From a virus: DNA of 64,000 nucleotides. Below, piece by piece: positions 9,648 through 18,314 of this stretch (position 1 is the first letter of the stretch; each line of letters starts with the position of its first letter). Position numbers and translations under genes: made by a program. Location of the stretch: IMG/VR virus record IMGVR_UViG_3300022752_000020, positions 1-64,000 of that record; one strand, given 5' to 3'. The notes beneath the pieces were generated by a model that saw only the letters and a program-made list of their open reading frames with translations, did not search any database and was not told the DNA's origin.

Positions 9648-10196
9648 TTATTTCTGTGCAGATCCTGTTGGAGCACTTTTTGCTAACAACTGATCATTTA
9701 TACCTTTAACTTGTTCACCTTTATGACTGTTCTTTGACAGCTCTTTGATAAAGGACATTAATCTTTTTTCACCTACTTGATCTTGAGCACTAACTGATTC
9801 TAAAGGTTTAAGCAATAACGATTCACCCTTTTTACCAATTCTATTATAATCTTGTTGATTACTTTGATACTCTAAATCTTCTGATTCACTTTTTACTCTA
9901 ATACGACTAGCATTAATTTGTAATTTTTCAGCTAACAATACACCCATTTCATGTGCTGTTGTTGGATAATTACAAGTAATATCAAAAATATTAACATGAC
10001 TGTATCTTTGATCTGGGAAATCTAAAGGTGTTTCAGTAATTGGTGTTCTTTTAGCACCGCTTACTTTGCCACAGTCATATTTGCTCAAAGCGATACGAAT
10101 TTGTTCGCTTACTTTTTTATCTACATCTCCGGCAATTTTTACCTTAAAATTATAGACTTTTGTACTCTCTGCTAGGTATTGTTTAAATGTGCTCAT
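9648..10196 (-). CDS. Hypothetical protein with a capsid-targeting-sequence-like N-terminus
   Basis: Starts MSTFKQYLAE; TAAATA at 10215-10220. Confidence 0.7.
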   Translation of the reverse strand: MSTFKQYLAESTKVYNFKVKIAGDVDKKVSEQIRIALSKYDCGKVSGAKRTPITETPLDFPDQRYSHVNIFDITCNYPTTAHEMGVLLAEKLQINASRIRVKSESEDLEYQSNQQDYNRIGKKGESLLLKPLESVSAQDQVGEKRLMSFIKELSKNSHKGEQVKGINDQLLAKSAPTGSAQK

Positions 10197-10217
10197 ACTA
10201 TTTCCAATATAGTATAT

Positions 10218-10694
10218 TTATTTCATATTCTTAAGTTTCTCTAAAAGGCTATTCCTATCTGCAACTATATATCCGTCGCCAGGGATGCTAACTCCTTTGG
10301 CTGCTTCTGATTCTGCATCTTGATCTAACTTGGCCTTTTTGATCTGCAATTCTATCATTTTTAATTTTTTATCCATCTTTGCTGCTTTAGCTTCAATGGC
10401 ATTTTTAAGCATGGTTCCTGCGACTTCAAAAATACGTCCGCTATAACGTGCTTCTACATTCATACCTAGATCCATTAAGTCATCATAGGCATTTGTAGCA
10501 CGTTCTGCTAGGTCATCAAATTCACTATCACTTAAATCACCTAAACCTTTTACCTGAGGCAATGCAGCACTTATTTTATCAAATTCAGCAATATCACGCA
10601 GAAAGGCTTCGGGTTTTTCACGTTCAGTCTTTTCTTCCTTAACTATTTTTTTATTTTCAGGTAAGTTTAAAACTTCTTCTAATTTTTTAGTCAT
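10218..10694 (-). CDS. Putative terminase small subunit (T4 gp16-like)
   Basis: 158-aa helical protein with GRIFEVA..ML...KLKMIELQ and C-terminal DRNSLLEKL; near terL and gp4. Confidence 0.55.
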   Translation of the reverse strand: MTKKLEEVLNLPENKKIVKEEKTEREKPEAFLRDIAEFDKISAALPQVKGLGDLSDSEFDDLAERATNAYDDLMDLGMNVEARYSGRIFEVAGTMLKNAIEAKAAKMDKKLKMIELQIKKAKLDQDAESEAAKGVSIPGDGYIVADRNSLLEKLKNMK

Positions 10695-10698
10695 ACCT

Positions 10699-10704
10699 TA
10701 TTTA
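10699..10704 (-). promoter_or_regulatory. Late promoter TAAATA 4 nt upstream of ATG
   Basis: GATAAATA-AGGT-ATG(10694). Confidence 0.5.
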
Positions 10705-11139
10705 TCTTACTCCGCCTTGGTGGAAAATATCTGTTTCATTTAATACTCTAAACTTCAGCCCACTATTTTTACACCAAGCATGAGCAGCGGCCCATTTAGC
10801 TTGATTAACAGCAAATGCAGTAGCTCTAGCACTATTGCGACCTACCTTTTCTATAAGCTGTTGACTACTAGGTTTGATCTCTATTATTTCACTAAGTAGT
10901 CTTCCTTTTTTATCCATATACTGTATAAAAAAATCAGGTACATAAATTGTCTGACGACCTGTTATAGGATTACGATAAGGTATTTTAACTGCTTCGCTAG
11001 CCCATGATTTTATATTAGGGTTGCTATCACAGAAATTCATAAAAGCCCATTCCCAGCTACTACGGTAAGTTGGACTAGTATTTCCTACATATTTTTGTGG
11101 ATTTTTGGGTGTGAATTTACCCTTGGCAAATTTGCTCAT
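10702..11139 (-). CDS. Head completion nuclease (T4 gp4-like, TnsA-type PD-(D/E)xK)
   Basis: YRSSWE, WASE..IPY, YVPDF, EIKP, NQAKWAAA..WC motifs. Confidence 0.9.
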   Translation of the reverse strand: MSKFAKGKFTPKNPQKYVGNTSPTYRSSWEWAFMNFCDSNPNIKSWASEAVKIPYRNPITGRQTIYVPDFFIQYMDKKGRLLSEIIEIKPSSQQLIEKVGRNSARATAFAVNQAKWAAAHAWCKNSGLKFRVLNETDIFHQGGVR

Positions 11140-11501
11140 TCTAAAATATTTCTATTTTCAAAAGCTTCCGAGGTTGATGTTATTTTATAACCTAATACAC
11201 TGGTCTTAGTTCTATAAAAATTTAAAACCTGTGTAACAATCTGTGTTAATTGAACGTTGTCATAATTTTTTAATTTATCTAATAATTCAAATACATTGAC
11301 ATTATCTATTCTAGATTGATTCAATAAAGTAATTCCTACACTACGGCTAGCCTGTGTTTCAAATCCTCTGCTTTCAAAAAAGCCAATTACAGCATCAATT
11401 TGATTACTGGGGAATGTGACTTCTTCAGTGAAATAATTATTAAAAAATTTTCTAACTTCTTTGTTAGAATTTTGACTAGTTATAGGTAAATTGGTATTCA
11501 T
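11136..11501 (-). CDS. Hypothetical protein
   Basis: 121 aa with ATGA overlaps on both sides. Confidence 0.75.
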   Translation of the reverse strand: MNTNLPITSQNSNKEVRKFFNNYFTEEVTFPSNQIDAVIGFFESRGFETQASRSVGITLLNQSRIDNVNVFELLDKLKNYDNVQLTQIVTQVLNFYRTKTSVLGYKITSTSEAFENRNILE

Positions 11502-12568
11502 GGTAGATTTATTTGACTGGCTGTAGGACCTGAGGCACTATTTGATGTAGGGAAAAATGTACCTTTCAAACTATTAATAGCAGACCCTGCTGCAAGTAAA
11601 GCACCTCCAGTTAACAACCCTACTCCCTCTTGTTTTATACCAGCTTTAGTAAGTCCTTTAATATTTTGTGCTGTATTAGCCACTGTAGATACAGTGTTTA
11701 TAATATCTGGGATACTACTAAACGCAGTGCCATTACTTATAGCACCAATTACATCTGCTGCACCTTCTATAACACCACCTACTCCAAATAGGCTGCGAGA
11801 TCCGCCGCCGGCTGCACTTAGAGGACTAGGACTCTTATCATAATGCTCTTGTGCAAATCCTTTGACCTTACCTGATCTAATACTGCCTACATCATATGTA
11901 ACTGCTTCGTAGGCCAATGTCATGCTACATTCTGCACCATTACTTCCTTGATCACTGCTATTAGGTGTGTCATGATTAAATGATTGTATTAAAGGGTTAA
12001 TTATTTTATAACTAACATATTCACGTTTATTAAGTTGATATAACATGATATAGTCAAAAAACGGTATGACGGAATTATTATCAAATCCGTAACTTCCTGG
12101 CACATAACTCCAAGATTTCATAGCATTACGCTTATATGCTCCTGCCATATTACCAATACTAGGATCACCATAATAATACATATAATATGATTGCCATAAT
12201 TGATTAACTATATGATTACGATCATCATGAAATCTTAATGTTAATGGGCTAAGATTATGGCTCATTTGTACAACTTTTTTTCTATTATATTGATTTACTG
12301 TAGCAGTCTTAAAAGTAAACTTGGGTAAATCTACACTTTTAACTAGTAGGCCAATTTCTGTAGCATGCCTCTCTGTTAACATTTTATGTACAAGAGCACT
12401 TTTGTTGATACTAAAATAAACGTGATATAAAAACTTAGATTTAGGAGCTAGTCTATATGTATCATCAACAAAGGTACGAGCTGCGTGTTGCCAATCACCC
12501 ATTTGGCCTTTGGGTCTTAGGAAACCGCTGCCTGCGCCGTCTAATAATCCTGTAAATGGTCCTGCCAT
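11498..12568 (-). CDS. Tail tube-related / baseplate-tube junction protein (gp54/gp48-like)
   Basis: Tube-fold-like pattern LVKSVDLPKF..NQYNRK..PLTLRFHDD..W..Y; adjacent to the tube gene. Confidence 0.6.
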   Translation of the reverse strand: MAGPFTGLLDGAGSGFLRPKGQMGDWQHAARTFVDDTYRLAPKSKFLYHVYFSINKSALVHKMLTERHATEIGLLVKSVDLPKFTFKTATVNQYNRKKVVQMSHNLSPLTLRFHDDRNHIVNQLWQSYYMYYYGDPSIGNMAGAYKRNAMKSWSYVPGSYGFDNNSVIPFFDYIMLYQLNKREYVSYKIINPLIQSFNHDTPNSSDQGSNGAECSMTLAYEAVTYDVGSIRSGKVKGFAQEHYDKSPSPLSAAGGGSRSLFGVGGVIEGAADVIGAISNGTAFSSIPDIINTVSTVANTAQNIKGLTKAGIKQEGVGLLTGGALLAAGSAINSLKGTFFPTSNSASGPTASQINLP

Positions 12569-12573
12569 AATAT

Positions 12574-12579
12574 TATTTA
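12574..12579 (-). promoter_or_regulatory. Late promoter TAAATA 5 nt upstream of ATG
   Basis: CTAAATA-ATATT-ATG(12568); no SD. Confidence 0.5.
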
Positions 12580-12617
12580 GTATATTGAATTAACTGCTAT
12601 TATATTGAATAGTCAAC

Positions 12618-12641
12618 AAAAAAGGGCCTAAGCCCCCTTTT
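12618..12641 (-). terminator. Intrinsic terminator after the tail tube gene
   Basis: Minus strand reads AAAAGGGGGC-TTAG-GCCCTTTTTT. Confidence 0.75.
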
Positions 12642-12654
12642 GTGTACGCTATTT

Positions 12655-13278
12655 TTAGCCCGAACCAGTTGCCATAGTACGTACAGTTCTTCCAATAGCA
12701 GCACCAACGCCACTGCCTTGTGGGATTTGTATACAATTATCTACCTGAATGGTCAGATCAATGGTTTGTGGAGCTGCTTCACTATAACTTAATGATTGCC
12801 AATTAGCCTGCTGTATATAGCAACCATAGCACTCCCAGGTTTCTAAAACGGTTGGAATATGTATTCCATTTCCACCTTCTGTTATTTCAATACGCATTAA
12901 GAACTTATAATCAATACCGCTAGCAGCACTGGCTTGCTCGAAGAAATCGAACTGTTTCTGCATTTGCTCACCGATCAACTTACTAACAATACCTGTAGCA
13001 TCGTCACGTAGACTAACTGCTATTGGATTCCAAGTTGGCTTACCAGCATAATTAATCTTGCTGTTATAAGTCTCAATGACCATATTTTGAAACTGTACAG
13101 TTGGCTTGGCAGCAGTTTGTACTTGCTTGGTCAATTCTGTTGATGGTGTGCTTACTCCAAAATTCTCAAACATAATTCTAAAACGATATTTGAGTTTTGG
13201 CATCAACATGCCTTGACTGCTGGCACTGGCGTCTGTTGCTAGTGGAACTGTAAATCTATTTAATGTTGCGATTGCCAT
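12655..13278 (-). CDS. Tail tube protein (gp19-like)
   Basis: Directly downstream of the sheath gene; YAGKPTWNPIAVSLRDD and ETWECYGCY..L.Y motifs; GGAG SD and TAAATA at 13300-13305. Confidence 0.85.
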   Translation of the reverse strand: MAIATLNRFTVPLATDASASSQGMLMPKLKYRFRIMFENFGVSTPSTELTKQVQTAAKPTVQFQNMVIETYNSKINYAGKPTWNPIAVSLRDDATGIVSKLIGEQMQKQFDFFEQASAASGIDYKFLMRIEITEGGNGIHIPTVLETWECYGCYIQQANWQSLSYSEAAPQTIDLTIQVDNCIQIPQGSGVGAAIGRTVRTMATGSG

Positions 13279-13309
13279 ATTTGTATGCTCCGTTGTTAAT
13301 ATTTATGCC

Positions 13310-16300
13310 TTATAGACCAGCAATTTCACCTGTGTTTTTCAATCTCAGTGGGATGTATATAAACTCAACTGCTTTAACTGGTTCAATAGCAATATCAACA
13401 TACAATTCATTTCTATCGATTCTACTAGGTGTATTATTTGACTCATCGCAAACTACAATGTAGTCATATAGTGCTCGTTGACCTACTAGCTCTAATAATA
13501 AACTTTCTGCTGCACCTTTGATTTCATCTCTTGTAATCTTATCGTTTGGTTCAAAGATATATGGCTTAGCCAGTATGTCTAATTGTCTACGTAGATAAAC
13601 AACAAGTCTAGCTACATTAATACGATCTAGAGCACTAGCGTTTTTAGCTCTTGTCTTTTGACCATAGTTAACTAAACCTACACCTGTAAAGAATGTAATT
13701 GGGTTGATCTTTACTTCATACAGTGTATCACGCTGTCCTGTATTTAGAGCAACAACTACAAATTCTCCTTCATCATCAATATAGCCTACATTACTAGCAT
13801 TGCTGATGCCTCCTCTACGTGTTCCAGCTGGTGCGAACCATGGATAACTTACGCTATCACTTAGAGCAATAGTTCTAAGCATCATGTGACTTGGTGGAAC
13901 TACAATGTTATTACCGTTTAGATCACTTGTGAATCCCCATGGATAGAACATGCCCATATATTCGTCATAACTAGGAGCACCTTTTTCATTATCCTCTACA
14001 CTTAATCTTAAATTATCACCCCAAGCTTTCAAGCTTGTAGCATCTGGAGTTAATCTAGCTGGTGTGTCGCCTACAACAAATGCTGTTAAACCACGATCAA
14101 AGTTCAAATTGATCATTTCACCTATTAGCTCTGGATATCCTGGGCAAGCAATTAAGTTGAATACTCTTGCTTCTTCTCGTATATCACGTGAGCTATTTGA
14201 TACTGCTTGTAGTGCTTGTACAACAACTCTACGCTGTGCATGACGTCCAAAATATCCAGCACCATCTTCTTGATTGCCACTAATTGTTACCCAACGATGT
14301 GGATAATAATCAGTCATTGACTCATCAATCATTATAGCATTTGGTCCCAATACTTGATATCTTGTGTTTACTTCGTTTACGTCAATATAGTTCTGTACAA
14401 ATTTCTTAACATTAAATCCACTACGACGCATATTCCATAGTAACATACCTTTTGGATATAGTGCAGGATCAGGACAATCTGGATCTACAAAGTCACTGGT
14501 TAATAGATCAGCGATTGAGCTTTCCTTATAACCTGCATTGGCTCCTTCTACTGTCCATCTAGCATCAGCAAATAATACACCGTCTTCACTACTTTGATCA
14601 GTCTTATCTACTGCTACCCATTTTGTAGCTACAGTTCCTGGACGGGTAGTGTCAAATCTATAAATCATTGGATAGTTATCAATATCACTAGTATCTATCC
14701 ATAGGTCACCGTCTACTAGAGCAGTTGCTCCATCACTCTGTGTTAATGGTTTTGTAGCTCTAACTTGTGGACCATTTGGATCTGTGTTACTAAATGCATT
14801 TCTATAGCCTACCCAATTATTACCATCATGAACCATAATATCTACTTGATCTGTTACACTGCTATACCATAATGTTTGATCTTTGGTCAATGATGTAGGA
14901 GCTGTTATACTAGCTGTAAATCTCAATGGTTCCCAATGGCTAATTTCCCAATTTGGCTGAAATGTTGCTGATGGATCATCAAAATCACTAGCATGTAGAT
15001 TAGCGTTCTTTTCACTGGCAAATAAAATTGTAAATATTTTTTCTATTGTAGCCTTGCTTTCCTCAATACGAATATCACCGCCTAATAAATGCTGAACAGT
15101 TAATCTATTCTGATCTGTAACTAGAGCTTTTACATTAGTAAGCGCAGTTTCATTATTAATTTGTGTAGCAATTTCTTCTGCATCTGCTGCTGTTCCTGTT
15201 AAACTTACACGAATAGTTACAGGTGCTGCATAAGTTTGACTACCTGCTTTAGTCTCTTGTATTGCAAAACTAACATTAACTGGAGATAATGTAGTACCAG
15301 TCAATGTACCTGCTGTAATTATTTTACTTGTTATACTAGTTATACCACTTGTGCTCTTTCTATAAAATCTAAAATCTGCACTTAAAGGACCAAGATCATT
15401 ACTTGGGTAAGTATATAAGTATTCTGTTTGATTTGTCTTAACATATATACTGCCTAAAGGCAATCTTTCACCACCTGATTTATCTAAACCATATATGGCT
15501 GCTGCTGCATTTGGATATAATGGGCATGTCATTGTTTCAAATACTTTAGCATCACTGTTATATTTCTTTAAAGCAAATTCTGCACCGCCATTAGCTGGTG
15601 TAGTTTTTAACCAAATACTACCAGTTGGTCTAGGAGCTGGATCTGTTGCCTTAAATAAAGGAACTCTTGTATGAGGAGCAATTTCTAATTTTGGACTAAA
15701 ATATTCACCTTCTGGAATACCTAAATTTGTACAGGCTGTACCACTTAGACTAAACTGTCCAGTTACTGAATATAACGCTAGTCTACCTGTGCTGGTAACA
15801 TCTGCTCTTACAAGTGTTGGTGCCCAAGCATTAATTTGAGCTGCTATAGTTGTTGCTGTAGTGCCGCTGATAGTAATTGTTTCACCTGAATCTAAAAAAT
15901 CACCATCACTGTTTCTATCTAATTTAAGATTTAGTCCTGCTGCTGAACTTATATTGTCTTTGGTACTGATTGCAGCAAAAACTCTGCCTGTTGAATCTAT
16001 ACCTTCAGCTGGCCAACTTAATCGCCAGTCATCTGAACCTACAACTACCCAACTTGTCTTATTTCTATACCATAGCTTATCAGGACCGCTATAACTTGTA
16101 CTAAGATTCATTCTACTTGTAATAGCATAATCACCTACAGTACCTACACTGCCTAAGGGACCACCCGTTGAACTATCAATCTTATTTGATTCAGTTACTA
16201 ATAATGGTTGTTTTTTAGTAAATGATTGACCTCTACCTACACCTTTAGCATCGCCATTCCATTCAAAAATACCCCAACTACTTTTGATTAGGTCAAACCA

Positions 16301-16708
16301 ATATGTTCCACCTTCTGGATTTGCCTGAGGAGCCAATGCTTTAGCATTAATAGCACCTAGATCAATATCTGCTCTAACAACATATGCTCTGTTGCTTACA
16401 CCTAATAAACTGTAAGCAGCCTGCAAACCATACTCATTTTGCTCTCCAGCATGAATAGGATTGTTATTTGAGTCTGTTTTGAAAACTGGGATACCAAATG
16501 TTTCTGCAAGGTCACGCTGACTAGTAATTAAGTATGCTAGTCCTGCATTTGCTTTTAATGTGCCTTTGGCTATTCCTGTGTTAGCACCATTTGCTTTATT
16601 TTCTGCAGATGCTACAATAATTAAGGGTACGGTACTTGGGGCAGCTGGTGTATAAAAACTTTCGTCGATAACGGTGACTGCTACGCCAGGTGAATTTAGT
16701 TGGGCCAT
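13310..16708 (-). CDS. Contractile tail sheath protein (gp18-like) with large inserted domains
   Basis: N-terminal SPGV.V..IDES; C-terminal WFAPAG..RG, INPI, LDRINVARL, FEPND, VCDESNN, IEPVKAVEFIYI; 1132 aa. Confidence 0.95.
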   Translation of the reverse strand: MAQLNSPGVAVTVIDESFYTPAAPSTVPLIIVASAENKANGANTGIAKGTLKANAGLAYLITSQRDLAETFGIPVFKTDSNNNPIHAGEQNEYGLQAAYSLLGVSNRAYVVRADIDLGAINAKALAPQANPEGGTYWFDLIKSSWGIFEWNGDAKGVGRGQSFTKKQPLLVTESNKIDSSTGGPLGSVGTVGDYAITSRMNLSTSYSGPDKLWYRNKTSWVVVGSDDWRLSWPAEGIDSTGRVFAAISTKDNISSAAGLNLKLDRNSDGDFLDSGETITISGTTATTIAAQINAWAPTLVRADVTSTGRLALYSVTGQFSLSGTACTNLGIPEGEYFSPKLEIAPHTRVPLFKATDPAPRPTGSIWLKTTPANGGAEFALKKYNSDAKVFETMTCPLYPNAAAAIYGLDKSGGERLPLGSIYVKTNQTEYLYTYPSNDLGPLSADFRFYRKSTSGITSITSKIITAGTLTGTTLSPVNVSFAIQETKAGSQTYAAPVTIRVSLTGTAADAEEIATQINNETALTNVKALVTDQNRLTVQHLLGGDIRIEESKATIEKIFTILFASEKNANLHASDFDDPSATFQPNWEISHWEPLRFTASITAPTSLTKDQTLWYSSVTDQVDIMVHDGNNWVGYRNAFSNTDPNGPQVRATKPLTQSDGATALVDGDLWIDTSDIDNYPMIYRFDTTRPGTVATKWVAVDKTDQSSEDGVLFADARWTVEGANAGYKESSIADLLTSDFVDPDCPDPALYPKGMLLWNMRRSGFNVKKFVQNYIDVNEVNTRYQVLGPNAIMIDESMTDYYPHRWVTISGNQEDGAGYFGRHAQRRVVVQALQAVSNSSRDIREEARVFNLIACPGYPELIGEMINLNFDRGLTAFVVGDTPARLTPDATSLKAWGDNLRLSVEDNEKGAPSYDEYMGMFYPWGFTSDLNGNNIVVPPSHMMLRTIALSDSVSYPWFAPAGTRRGGISNASNVGYIDDEGEFVVVALNTGQRDTLYEVKINPITFFTGVGLVNYGQKTRAKNASALDRINVARLVVYLRRQLDILAKPYIFEPNDKITRDEIKGAAESLLLELVGQRALYDYIVVCDESNNTPSRIDRNELYVDIAIEPVKAVEFIYIPLRLKNTGEIAGL

Positions 16709-16790
16709 TGTTAGATTTCTCCTAAATCTTACTCAATATATTTAGCGTAAAACGGCAAAAAACATCGAGTTGACTAAGGAAAAATGCTAT

Positions 16791-17459
16791 TTAAGCAGTA
16801 GTGGAATATATAAAAGCAACCTTTTTATCATAATCAAAAGTAACTTTATTCAATATAATACTTTCAATTTGATTATATAAATTATTTAAACTGCTATTAT
16901 TATCAATAACAATATCAAACTCTGTACCAATCCATTTCCATTCGCTAGGATGTATACCTAAATTCTGCATATACTTGCCTGCATTTAAATTGCCTTGATT
17001 AGCGTCTAGAGCAATATCATACCAATTAGGCAACTCACCTCTTTGTACCCATATGATAATACCATCGTTTTTCTTAATAGCCTTAATTTCATTTGGGAAT
17101 CTACAATCACTAATTACTACATTGTCCTCACTATTACGCAGTTTATTTTCTAAACTAGCGATCCATATATCATCATGAAATCCTTGACGACAAACTTCAG
17201 TCCCCCAATTTTGTAATACCCAACGTGGAGTGATTTTCATTCCTAAACGATTGCTCCACCAAAAATCCACTTGTTCACGCCATTCTCTACTCTGCTTAGT
17301 ACGACCTTCTAACATGTCTCGATCCCAACCAAACACAGCAGCTACCGCATCTTTCAAACTACGGGCAAAACTTTCTCTACGAAACTGATGAAGATTAACA
17401 AGATAATCAGCGATAGTATCTTTACCGCTACCAATTAAACCACAAATTCCCACTACCAT
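16791..17459 (-). CDS. Deoxynucleoside monophosphate kinase (T4 gp1-like)
   Basis: GLIGSGKDT P-loop, SFA..LK, TPR.VLQ.WGTE, ISDCRFPNE, HPSE. Confidence 0.9.
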   Translation of the reverse strand: MVVGICGLIGSGKDTIADYLVNLHQFRRESFARSLKDAVAAVFGWDRDMLEGRTKQSREWREQVDFWWSNRLGMKITPRWVLQNWGTEVCRQGFHDDIWIASLENKLRNSEDNVVISDCRFPNEIKAIKKNDGIIIWVQRGELPNWYDIALDANQGNLNAGKYMQNLGIHPSEWKWIGTEFDIVIDNNSSLNNLYNQIESIILNKVTFDYDKKVAFIYSTTA

Positions 17460-17477
17460 AGTCTACTCCTTTGTACA

Positions 17478-17510
17478 ATAGTAATTAAATTCTTGATGTA
17501 AGTCAAGAAT
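17478..17510 (-). promoter_or_regulatory. Sigma70-like promoter for the dNMP kinase, overlapped by an 8-bp inverted repeat
   Basis: TTGACT(17506-17501)-N17-TACTAT(17483-17478); ATTCTTGA-N6-TCAAGAAT at 17489-17510. Confidence 0.6.
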
Positions 17511-17514
17511 AATT

Positions 17515-18273
17515 TTAACCAATAACAAGAGTATACCCTGTACCACCTGCTACATAAGTATCAACTTCTTTCTCTAATTTTTCAATTTCTTCTTTAGCAG
17601 CATTTTTTAAATCCGCACCATTTAATCCACCAGCTCCACCTGGGCCAGCTATTTGACCAAACTTACTACGTGCTTCTCCTAGCATTAATTTACAATTGGC
17701 CAAAGTATAATCTTTGAACCATTGACTAGCATAAGTGTCCTGTAATAAGATATAATCTGGTCTGTGATTATAACCTCTGATTAAGACCTGTTCACCATCC
17801 CCATAACTACGTTGTAAAATACGTAGAGTATGTGTAGTTGGTATCCATTGAAATTCAATAAAAGCACCAAACATACGCCCTACTAGTTTTTGATATTGAG
17901 CAAACATATCATAAGTAGCTATACCACCTAACATAGTACTATTCAGTAGATATGTGTTTGTATAGGCTAGATTGAATGGTTCAAACTGTGTACCACCACT
18001 ACCACCTGCTGTTCTACTACCTATGGTACGTCGAAATATGCTGCGTACCTCTATAATTTCTTTGGGTAATCTGTAGTCGTTAGTATCTTCTTTCAACTCT
18101 AAAAAATAGTAAGCTTCTTCTACAGCATTTGGACTTTTTTGACGATACTTGGCCAAGGCACGATCTAGAGCTATTTCATAGTGATCTGGATCAAGTTCCA
18201 CATCGACCATACCGTCACCTAACATTAATCTACAATATTTGTATATTTTTTCACGCTCTTGTAATGTAGTCAT
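17515..18273 (-). CDS. Neck protein (T4 gp13-like)
   Basis: LG...VDVELD, W.KDY.LA.CK..LGEARSKF...GP.G...LNG motifs. The ORF-track ATG at 18288 is only 2 nt from the TAAATA motif; the ATG at 18273 has a GGAG SD, so I prefer it. Confidence 0.8.
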   Translation of the reverse strand: MTTLQEREKIYKYCRLMLGDGMVDVELDPDHYEIALDRALAKYRQKSPNAVEEAYYFLELKEDTNDYRLPKEIIEVRSIFRRTIGSRTAGGSGGTQFEPFNLAYTNTYLLNSTMLGGIATYDMFAQYQKLVGRMFGAFIEFQWIPTTHTLRILQRSYGDGEQVLIRGYNHRPDYILLQDTYASQWFKDYTLANCKLMLGEARSKFGQIAGPGGAGGLNGADLKNAAKEEIEKLEKEVDTYVAGGTGYTLVIG

Positions 18274-18290
18274 ATTTGCTGTCTCCATGA

Positions 18291-18310
18291 TATTTATCTG
18301 CTGATAAATA
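18291..18310. promoter_or_regulatory. Back-to-back divergent late promoters
   Basis: Perfect inverted repeat TATTTATC-TGCT-GATAAATA between the divergent gp13 and gp14 genes. Confidence 0.7.
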
Positions 18311-18314
18311 CCTT

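Noticed and set aside
12581-12610. Direct repeat TATATTGAAT x2 (20-bp period)
   Set aside because: Short and AT-rich, so it could be chance; no supporting context beyond proximity to a promoter motif.
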